From the NCBI GenBank assembly GCA_024403455.1, contig JAKSRR010000014.1, positions 3,246 to 67,245 on the forward strand: DNA of 64,000 nt. The letters are read 5' to 3'. Shown here piece by piece: positions 56,996 through 64,000 of the stretch. The DNA is from Lachnospiraceae bacterium. GTDB lineage: Bacteria > Bacillota > Clostridia > Lachnospirales > Lachnospiraceae. The translations under genes and the position numbers were made by a program. The notes under the pieces were generated by a model. That model was given only the letters and a program-made list of their open reading frames with translations. It had not been told where the DNA came from and did no database searches. Positions within the stretch are counted from its first letter, which is position 1; each line of letters starts with the position of its first letter.

Positions 56996-58102
56996 ATGAG
57001 AATTAATTATAATGAGACTGCGATTTTAGCAAATAACGCATTAAACAAGACCGATAAGAGTCTTTCTGCCTCTATTCAGAGACTATCCTCCGGATTAAAA
57101 ATAAATGCTGCAAAGGATAACCCTGCAGGGCTTGCCATTTCTAATCGAATGGATGCTCAGATCAGGGGTCTTTCTGTTGCAAAAAATAATACCAGTGATG
57201 GTATCTCTGTAGTAGAAACGGCAGATGGTGCTTTGGGTGAGATTTCCAGCATTTTACAGAGAATGAGTCAGTTAGCTGTACAGGCGGGTGATGATGTTAA
57301 GACGGATGAAGACAGAGAACTGATTGATAAGGAAATTCAGCAGTTAAAAGAGGAAATTGAACGTATTGCAAAGGATACGGAGTTTAATGGTCAGCCCTTA
57401 TTAGATGGATCCTTTGATTTAAAGGGATATACAGACAGTGATCTTGTGAAGGTGGGTACCTATTCTGATACGGTGCCTGTAGGAAAGTATACCATTACCT
57501 ATCCTATCACTGTAAATGATGGTGTTGTAGATCCTTCCTGCATTGCTGCTGATCCGGCCCTTTCCGCATTAACCGGATTAAAGTTAAGCTACGAGGAAGA
57601 TGATGATCTTAACGGAACATTATCCATTAAGGCAGATGGAGACTTCTCCATGCGTATTGATAGTAAGGCTGGTGCCAGTGGAGACGTAGAGTTAGATATC
57701 ACTGGTATTGGTGCGATGAAGATTCAGATCGGTGCCAATGAGTCTCAGGAGCTTGCCCTTCGCATTCCTACCATTTCCTTAAAGGAGATGGGTATCGATA
57801 CCCTTTCCATGAAGACGGTAGAGAGTGCACAGAATGGTATTGAGCAAATTAAAGGGGCTCTTTCCTATATCAATGAAGCAAGATCTCGTTTAGGTGCATA
57901 TCAGAATCGATTAGAGAATAATAATTCCTCTGTAGAGTTAAGCAGTGAAAATATGACCGCTTCCTATTCCAGAATTATGGATGTAGATATGGCAGAAGAA
58001 ATGACAGAGTACTCTACCTATCAGGTACTTTCTCAATCAGGTATTTCCATGCTTTCTCAGGCAAACTCTCAGCCGGAGTCCATTTTACAGCTGTTGCAGT
58101 AA
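56996..58102 (+). CDS. fliC: Flagellin
   Basis: RLSSGLKINAAKDNPAGLAIS, QIGAN, RSRLGAYQNRLE, SRIMDVDMAEEM. Confidence 0.95.
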   Translation: MRINYNETAILANNALNKTDKSLSASIQRLSSGLKINAAKDNPAGLAISNRMDAQIRGLSVAKNNTSDGISVVETADGALGEISSILQRMSQLAVQAGDDVKTDEDRELIDKEIQQLKEEIERIAKDTEFNGQPLLDGSFDLKGYTDSDLVKVGTYSDTVPVGKYTITYPITVNDGVVDPSCIAADPALSALTGLKLSYEEDDDLNGTLSIKADGDFSMRIDSKAGASGDVELDITGIGAMKIQIGANESQELALRIPTISLKEMGIDTLSMKTVESAQNGIEQIKGALSYINEARSRLGAYQNRLENNNSSVELSSENMTASYSRIMDVDMAEEMTEYSTYQVLSQSGISMLSQANSQPESILQLLQ

Positions 58103-58148
58103 TCTTTCGTAGGCAAGATGAGGACGATGGGAAGCTGGGGGAAGCATT

Positions 58149-58622
58149 ATGACGAATGAAAAAGTTAAGGAATATACACTTCGCATTACAAATGCCAATC
58201 GGTCTGAATTGATCGTGATTCTATGTGATTTGCTTCTTTCCTATAATAAGGAAGCAGTAGAGAATCTAGAAAAAGGGGATATGGATGCCTTTAAGAATGC
58301 GATGATGCATGCAAAGGGATGCGTCAGACAGTTAATTGGTGCTTTGAACAGGACCTATGACTTAGCCGCGGCCTTGTATGAACTATATCGGTATGCGGAA
58401 AGGCAGTTATCTCTCGCCCAGATTAGGCAGGACCTCGAACCCATTGCCATTGTAGATAAAATCTTTGTGAAATTAAAAGCAGCCTTTGAAGAAATGGCAA
58501 AGCAGGATAACTCTGGAGCGGTTATGCAAAATACCCAGTCCGTGTATGCTGGTATGACTTATGGAAGAAATCAGTTAAATGAAAGCATGACCAGCGAAGC
58601 AAATCGCGGGTTCTTCGCATAA
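58149..58622 (+). CDS. fliS: Flagellar export chaperone FliS
   Basis: ITNANRSELIVIL, L...LN..Y.LA..LYELYRY; follows flagellin. Confidence 0.85.
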   Translation: MTNEKVKEYTLRITNANRSELIVILCDLLLSYNKEAVENLEKGDMDAFKNAMMHAKGCVRQLIGALNRTYDLAAALYELYRYAERQLSLAQIRQDLEPIAIVDKIFVKLKAAFEEMAKQDNSGAVMQNTQSVYAGMTYGRNQLNESMTSEANRGFFA

Positions 58623-58685
58623 TTTAGGGATATGTGATATACTAGGGGGTGCTGATACTAGTGTATTAGCATCCTTTTTTTGTAG

Positions 58686-59882
58686 GTGAAGATGAAGATG
58701 GAAAAGATTGAAAAAGTAATAGCATTAATACCTGCCTATAATCCTGACGAGAAAATGTCAGATTTGGTAGTGGAACTGAAGGAAAAGTTTGCACACATTC
58801 TGATTGTTAATGATGGATGCAGCAGTGATTATGATGCTATTTTTGCGGCGCTTGCTCCCGAAGCAGGAAGAGCAGTTACAGAAGCAGATGGCATTCTGTA
58901 TAAGGATGGAACCACCATCTTTACCGGGCCAGACGGTGTTACTCTCTTAAAGCACAATGTTAATAAAGGTAAGGGACATGCGTTAAAGACAGGTATCACC
59001 TACATTAAGAATGCATTTCCGGATGCTCTTGGTGTGGTTACTGCCGATGCAGATGGCCAGCACAAGATGAAGGATATTGTGAACTGTTGTGACGCATTTT
59101 TAGAGAATCCTAAGGAAGCTATCTTTGGATGTCGCGATTTCTATGGGGATACAGAAATCCCTGCAAGAAGTGTATTTGGCAATCGTGTGACTTCTAGACT
59201 AATGAAGTTCTTCTGCGACATTAAGCTTTCTGATACCCAGACAGGACTTCGTGTATTACCCCTAAGTAGAGCAGACCTTTTCCTTAGTACCAAGGGAGAG
59301 CGTTATGAATATGAAATGAACTGTATCTTTGAGATGAAGAATGCAGATCTTGCATGGAAGGAAGTTCCCATTGAAGTTATTTACTTGGATGGAAATATCA
59401 GTTCCCATTTTAATCCGTTCTTAGATTCCATTCGTATATATAAAGTATTTTTGAAATTCTGTTTATCCTCTGTTGGATCAGCAGTCGTAGATATCGGATT
59501 GTTTGCATTATTTTCCTTCTTGTTTGGAAAGATTATGCCCGATCCGTTTATGCTGTTTGGAAAGCTTTCTGTTCCGAAGGCCAAGATGGTACCGGCAACG
59601 TCCAATGTGCTTGCCCGTATCTGTTCCGGTATATTTAATTACAGCATCAATAAGATGATTTTCAAGCACCGAGGAAAGGTGCGGGAGAGCGGACCAAAAT
59701 ATCTGGTACTGTTTTTGATTTCCATGACTATAGCGACGGCACTAGTTACCGTATTTACCAACCTCTGTGGCGAGAAGTACAGTATCTTAATTAAGATCCT
59801 TGTTGACTGTGTTATCTTCTTTGCAAATTATAAAGTTGAGCAGCTTTGGGTATTTAAGAATAAGAAGAAGGAAGAAGAGTAA
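58686..59882 (+). CDS. Bifunctional GT2 glycosyltransferase / GtrA-family protein
   Basis: LIPAYNPD, VNDG, NKGKGHALK, DADGQH, DTQTGLR; C-terminal 4-TM GtrA. Confidence 0.9.
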   Translation: MKMKMEKIEKVIALIPAYNPDEKMSDLVVELKEKFAHILIVNDGCSSDYDAIFAALAPEAGRAVTEADGILYKDGTTIFTGPDGVTLLKHNVNKGKGHALKTGITYIKNAFPDALGVVTADADGQHKMKDIVNCCDAFLENPKEAIFGCRDFYGDTEIPARSVFGNRVTSRLMKFFCDIKLSDTQTGLRVLPLSRADLFLSTKGERYEYEMNCIFEMKNADLAWKEVPIEVIYLDGNISSHFNPFLDSIRIYKVFLKFCLSSVGSAVVDIGLFALFSFLFGKIMPDPFMLFGKLSVPKAKMVPATSNVLARICSGIFNYSINKMIFKHRGKVRESGPKYLVLFLISMTIATALVTVFTNLCGEKYSILIKILVDCVIFFANYKVEQLWVFKNKKKEEE

Positions 59883-59884
59883 CC

Positions 59885-60598
59885 TTGATTAATAAGCGTG
59901 AGATTATTGGTATCATTGGGGCAATGGACCAGGAAGTAGATGGTTTAATTGCTGTTATGGTCGATAAGATGGTGCATAAGAAAGCCGGCATGGAATTCCA
60001 CAGAGGAACGCTTTTTGGAAGAGATGCAGTAGTGGTAAAGGGCGGTGTAGGTAAAGTGGCAGCAGCCCTTTGCACACAGATTCTTATAGACTGTTTTTAT
60101 GTAACAAAGGTAATTAACACAGGTGCTGCAGGAAGTCTGTCATCGGACGTTAAGATTGGTGACTTAGTCATTGCCACAGAATTAGTACAGCATGACATGG
60201 ATTCGGTGGATTTTGGATTTCCTTTAGGACAGATTCCTTTCTTGGAACCTTTTGCTTTTGCGGCAGATCAGGATATGATTGCACTAGCAGAAGAGACGGC
60301 AAAGAAATGTTTTCCATCTATGCATATATATAAGGGTCGTGTATGCACAGGTGATGAATTTGTTGGAAAGAAAGAACGAAAAGAATGGATTGTAAATCAT
60401 TTCGGTGGTCTTTGTACCGAAATGGAAGGAGCAGCAGTTGGTCAGACGGCTTATATGAATGGCGTTCCATTCTTGGTACTTCGCGCAATCTCCGATGAGG
60501 CAGACGACAGTGCTACAGTAGACTTTCCTACATTTAGTAAAGAGGCTTCTCAAAGAAGCATCGAATTAATAAAAGCAATGTTTGAAGCAATGGTGTAA
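59885..60598 (+). CDS. mtnN: 5'-methylthioadenosine/S-adenosylhomocysteine nucleosidase
   Basis: IGIIGAM.QE, GVGKVAAA, INTGAAG, EMEGAA, RAISD.AD. Confidence 0.93.
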   Translation: MINKREIIGIIGAMDQEVDGLIAVMVDKMVHKKAGMEFHRGTLFGRDAVVVKGGVGKVAAALCTQILIDCFYVTKVINTGAAGSLSSDVKIGDLVIATELVQHDMDSVDFGFPLGQIPFLEPFAFAADQDMIALAEETAKKCFPSMHIYKGRVCTGDEFVGKKERKEWIVNHFGGLCTEMEGAAVGQTAYMNGVPFLVLRAISDEADDSATVDFPTFSKEASQRSIELIKAMFEAMV

Positions 60599-60619
60599 CG
60601 AGGAATTATTAGGAGGGGA

Positions 60620-61252
60620 ATGATGGGATTATTTGATGGACTATTGAGACAGGGTGCAAGAGCAGCTACGCAGCAGGCAATGAATACCGCTGTAAATAAT
60701 GCTGTGAATACGGCGATGAATAATGCAGGTGCAGCGCAGCAGGCTACCGGAAACTATAAAGCACAGGCGTTTACCTTTGCAAGTCTTCCTACAGATGTAG
60801 CTACATTAACGGCTCTTCCGGAAGCAAGCTTAGATTCTCCTTTTAAGACAGCAGCATTAACTCTTGTTGCTTTAATGCAGTATGAAAACAATCCGGAAAT
60901 GTGCTTTCAGATGTTAGATGCTCTCCGTGGACCAGATCCTATGACTCCGGTTGCAAAGAGTTTCATTAAGGAAAGACTTTCTGGAAAGATGTATGTGGTT
61001 CGTTCCTACTTTGCAGGTGCAACCCAGCAGAATAATTACACACCTGTACAGCCTTATACGGTATCTATTATGGAGAATCCTTACTCCTATCCGGAAGAGA
61101 ACTGGGCAACCATGTTTGTACAGAGTACCGGTGCAGATTCTCCGAGACAGATAAAGCTTCGCAAAAAGCCTTCTACAGGACAGTGGTTCTTAAATGATAT
61201 CCAGTGCCTTAGTGATATCCGTATGCCTGCAGCAGCAGATCCTTGGGCATAA
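60620..61252 (+). CDS. Conserved hypothetical protein (DUF6935-like)
   Basis: SYF.GAT..N.Y, GADSPR.I.L motifs. Confidence 0.65.
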   Translation: MMGLFDGLLRQGARAATQQAMNTAVNNAVNTAMNNAGAAQQATGNYKAQAFTFASLPTDVATLTALPEASLDSPFKTAALTLVALMQYENNPEMCFQMLDALRGPDPMTPVAKSFIKERLSGKMYVVRSYFAGATQQNNYTPVQPYTVSIMENPYSYPEENWATMFVQSTGADSPRQIKLRKKPSTGQWFLNDIQCLSDIRMPAAADPWA

Positions 61253-61274
61253 GAGAAACATAATTATGATTATG

Positions 61275-61300
61275 AAGGACGCCGTATGGCGTCCTTTTTT
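61275..61300 (+). terminator. Intrinsic terminator
   Basis: AAGGACGCC-GTAT-GGCGTCCTT + T tract. Confidence 0.75.
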
Positions 61301-61396
61301 GTTGCTCTCTATTCGCAACCGCTGCGCTTGTTGCTCTCTATTCGCAACCGCTACGCTTGTTGCGAATTGAAAAATGTCAAAAATTGACATTTTTCA
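61301..61396 (-). repeat. Two 29-bp copies of the AAGCG(T/C)AGCG repeat family (inverted relative to 2020-2156) plus adjacent 13-bp-arm palindrome
   Basis: Minus strand GCAACAAGCG(T/C)AGCGGTTGCGAATAGAGA; palindrome TGAAAAATGTCAA-AAA-TTGACATTTTTCA. Confidence 0.8.
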
Positions 61397-61398
61397 TG

Positions 61399-61456
61399 TT
61401 GACATATGAACAAGTATTCATATATAATAACAACATATGAACAAGTGCTCATATAT
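61399..61456 (+). promoter_or_regulatory. Promoter with two ArsR/SmtB operators
   Basis: TTGACA...TATAAT with ATATGAACAAGTATTCATAT and ATATGAACAAGTGCTCATAT inverted repeats. Confidence 0.85.
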
Positions 61457-61481
61457 AATATTGATTTTGGAGGATGAAGAA

Positions 61482-61700
61482 ATGAAGAAAACATACAAGA
61501 TTGAAGTAGATTGTGCAAACTGTGCAAACCTGATGGAAGAGGCAGCAAAGAAGGTGGAAGGTGTTGCAAGCTGTACTGTGAATTTTATGGCATTAAAGAT
61601 GATTGTGGAATTTGCAGAAGGTGCAGATGAAAAAGCCGTTATGAAGAATGTTGTAAAGGCTTGCAAGAAAGTTGAAGATGATTGTGAGATTTATGTTTAA
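61482..61700 (+). CDS. Heavy-metal-associated (HMA) domain protein
   Basis: GGAGG RBS; DCANCA metal-binding motif. Confidence 0.9.
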   Translation: MKKTYKIEVDCANCANLMEEAAKKVEGVASCTVNFMALKMIVEFAEGADEKAVMKNVVKACKKVEDDCEIYV

Positions 61701-61826
61701 ATTAATGCAGTTTAAAAGCATTTATTCGCTCTATTAAGTAGCAGATGAAATGTTTGTGATTTTGAAAAAACGATAGAAAAGGGTTCGCAAAAGGAGAATG
61801 GAAGGCGAATCATCAAGGTGAGAGAT

Positions 61827-63728
61827 ATGACAAAGAAACAGAAAAAAGTACTCATTCGAATTATTATTTCTACGGTGCTGCTTGCAGTACTTATGATTCT
61901 TGAAAAGACAGGTATTCTTGAAAAACTGCCATTTTCAAGATGGACATCTTTAGGACTGTTTCTCATTCCTTACCTTGTGATTGGATATGATATTCTGAAG
62001 AAAGCAGGAAAGGGAATCATCAAAGGTCGCATGTTAGATGAGTGCTTTTTGATGGCGGTGGCGACCATCGGTGCCTTTGCCCTTTCTGAATATGAAGAGG
62101 GAGCAGCGGTTATGCTGTTCTACCAGATTGGTGAACTTTTCCAAAGTGTGGCAGTAGGAAAGAGCAGAAAGAATATCTCAGATCTAATGGATATTCGTCC
62201 TGACTATGCAAATAAGGAAGTGGATGGCAGCATTGAAAAAGTAGACCCGGATGAAGTATCCATTGGCGATATCATTGTGGTTCAGCCGGGGGAAAAAGTG
62301 CCTCTGGATGGTAAGGTCCTTTCCGGTAATTCCTCTCTGGATACCAAGGCATTAACGGGAGAAAGCGTTCCTAGAAGCATCAAAGAGGGAGAGGAGATTA
62401 TCTCCGGATGCATTAACTTAACGGGAGTGCTTCGTATAGAAGTGACCAAGGAGTTTGGGGAATCTACAGTATCAAAGATTTTGGAGCTGGTGGAAAATGC
62501 TTCCTCCAGAAAATCAAAATCAGAGAACTTTATCTCAAAATTTGCAAGAGTATATACACCTGTGGTTTGCTTTGGTGCCCTTGCTCTTGCTATTCTTCCG
62601 CCGGTAATCCGTCTTCTTATGCACGCAGCGGAAGGCCCTATGTGGAGTACTTGGGTGCTTAGAGGATTAACCTTCCTAGTCATTAGTTGTCCCTGCGCAT
62701 TAGTAATCAGTATCCCTTTATCCTTCTTTGCAGGAATAGGTGCAGCCAGTCATGCAGGTATTCTGGTGAAGGGATCTAACTATTTGGAAAGACTGGCAAA
62801 TACGCAGATTGCAGTTTTTGATAAGACAGGAACCATCACTAAGGGTGAGTTTGAAGTCAGTGGTGTGCATCATAATGAAAGAGAAGATGAAGAGATTCTT
62901 CGTCTTGCAGCCTATGCAGAATGTGCATCTTCCCATCCTATTGCAGTGTCTCTGAGAAAGCATTATGGGAAAGAGATTGATCGAAGTCTGGTAGAAGACT
63001 ATGAGGAAATTAGTGGTGAAGGAATCACGGCAAAAATTGAAGGAAAGACGGTTGCCGTAGGTAATGAGAAGTTAATGCGTCGTATCGGTGCGGAAGCTAT
63101 TCCCTGCAATCATGTAGGAACCATTGTACATATTGCCATTGAAGGAAGTTATGCAGGGCATATTCTGATTGCGGATGGCATTAAAGAAGGTAGCAAAGAA
63201 GCCATTGAACACTTAAAGAAAATCGGTGTAAGAGATCTAGTAATGCTTACCGGTGATGCAAAGAGCGTTGGAGAAGCGGTGGCAAAGGAAGTGGGTATGA
63301 CGGATGTTCATACGGAATTGATGCCTGGAGATAAGGTCTCTGAAGTAGAGAAATTAATGACGGGAAAGACGGTGAAGGAAACACTTCTATTTGTAGGAGA
63401 TGGCATCAATGATGCGCCTGTTCTTACCAGAGCTGACGTAGGTGTTGCTATGGGAGCGCTAGGTTCTGACGCAGCCATTGAGGCAGCCGATGTGGTGTTA
63501 ATGGATGACGATTTAAGAAAGCTAGTAACGGGCATCCAGATTTCTAAAAAGACCTTACGCATTGTCTATGAAAATATAGCCCTTGCGCTACTAATTAAGT
63601 TAGCCTGCCTGGGCCTTGGTGCCTTGGGTTTTGCAAACATGTGGTGGGCTATTTTTGCAGATGTGGGCGTTATGATACTAGCGGTATGTAATTCCATTCG
63701 TGCATTACGAGTTCCCAAAATTAAATAA
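61827..63728 (+). CDS. cadA: Cd/Zn-transporting P1B-type ATPase
   Basis: TGES, SCPCAL, DKTGT, SSHP, MLTGD, GDGINDAP. Confidence 0.93.
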   Translation: MTKKQKKVLIRIIISTVLLAVLMILEKTGILEKLPFSRWTSLGLFLIPYLVIGYDILKKAGKGIIKGRMLDECFLMAVATIGAFALSEYEEGAAVMLFYQIGELFQSVAVGKSRKNISDLMDIRPDYANKEVDGSIEKVDPDEVSIGDIIVVQPGEKVPLDGKVLSGNSSLDTKALTGESVPRSIKEGEEIISGCINLTGVLRIEVTKEFGESTVSKILELVENASSRKSKSENFISKFARVYTPVVCFGALALAILPPVIRLLMHAAEGPMWSTWVLRGLTFLVISCPCALVISIPLSFFAGIGAASHAGILVKGSNYLERLANTQIAVFDKTGTITKGEFEVSGVHHNEREDEEILRLAAYAECASSHPIAVSLRKHYGKEIDRSLVEDYEEISGEGITAKIEGKTVAVGNEKLMRRIGAEAIPCNHVGTIVHIAIEGSYAGHILIADGIKEGSKEAIEHLKKIGVRDLVMLTGDAKSVGEAVAKEVGMTDVHTELMPGDKVSEVEKLMTGKTVKETLLFVGDGINDAPVLTRADVGVAMGALGSDAAIEAADVVLMDDDLRKLVTGIQISKKTLRIVYENIALALLIKLACLGLGALGFANMWWAIFADVGVMILAVCNSIRALRVPKIK

Positions 63729-63740
63729 TGTATCAAGAAA

Positions 63741-63804
63741 ACCATTTGCTCTAAAGAAGGAAACCTTCGAGGATTGTAGGCTGCCAGAATATAGAGCAAA
63801 TGGT
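63741..63804. other. 13-bp inverted repeat enclosing ~38 nt between cadA and the ArsR gene
   Basis: ACCATTTGCTCTA ... TAGAGCAAATGGT. Confidence 0.5.
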
Positions 63805-63832
63805 ATTGCTGTAGAAGGATGAAGGAGAAAAA

Positions 63833-64000
63833 ATGGCCAAGAAGGAAATTATCTGCTGTGAAGAACATGCAATTCATAAGGAGTTATTAGAAAAAGTACA
63901 CAGGACTATGCCCGCGGAGGACAGCCTCTACGATTTGGCGGAGTTATTCAAAGTATTTGGGGACTCCACCCGTATCAGGATTTTATATGTACTTTTCGAG
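63833..64000 (+). CDS. ArsR/SmtB (CadC/CzrA-like) metal-responsive repressor, 3' truncated
   Basis: AAGGAG RBS; MAKKEIICCEEHAIH...LAELFKVFGDSTRIRILYVLFE. Confidence 0.9.
   Translation, partial: MAKKEIICCEEHAIHKELLEKVHRTMPAEDSLYDLAELFKVFGDSTRIRILYVLFE

Noticed and set aside
54013-58622. Isolated flagellar trio as a novel system
   Set aside because: A FliK-like/flagellin/fliS cluster apart from the main flagellar locus is, to my knowledge, ordinary in this lineage.

Overview
Chromosomal window from a low-GC Firmicute, probably Lachnospiraceae-like (inferred from gene content). The housekeeping backbone includes glpK, aroK, ftsH, uvrC, GH16/AraC/GH3 beta-glucan genes, tRNA-Pro(CGG), a FliK-like gene/flagellin/fliS, mtnN and a CopZ-like/cadA/ArsR cluster. 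Two AT-rich accessory islands interrupt it. Island A (~9.3-21.8 kb) is built like a cassette array: a conserved ~65-70 bp hairpin-containing element recurs four times. It separates a remnant Rpn tail, two Rpn-family nuclease paralogs (each with an internal RBS and start for a small C-terminal protein), an 8.2 kb cargo (secreted protein, secreted His-Me nuclease, HTH-like protein, kinase-NB-ARC-TPR STAND protein) and a MerR + PASTA-like lipoprotein unit. Island B (~25.3-39.7 kb) lies between the GH16 and AraC/GH3 genes. It carries an XRE-GNAT fusion, a Rep-like remnant, a 4-gene SF1-helicase operon, NERD, a PIN toxin-antitoxin pair, a second MerR and more lipoproteins. Both islands share MerR-type promoters with the palindrome ACTGCAC-N5/6-GTGCAGT. 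Two orphan AAA+ ATPase genes have their own phased tandem-repeat arrays. All functional calls come from motif recognition by eye; no database searches were run.
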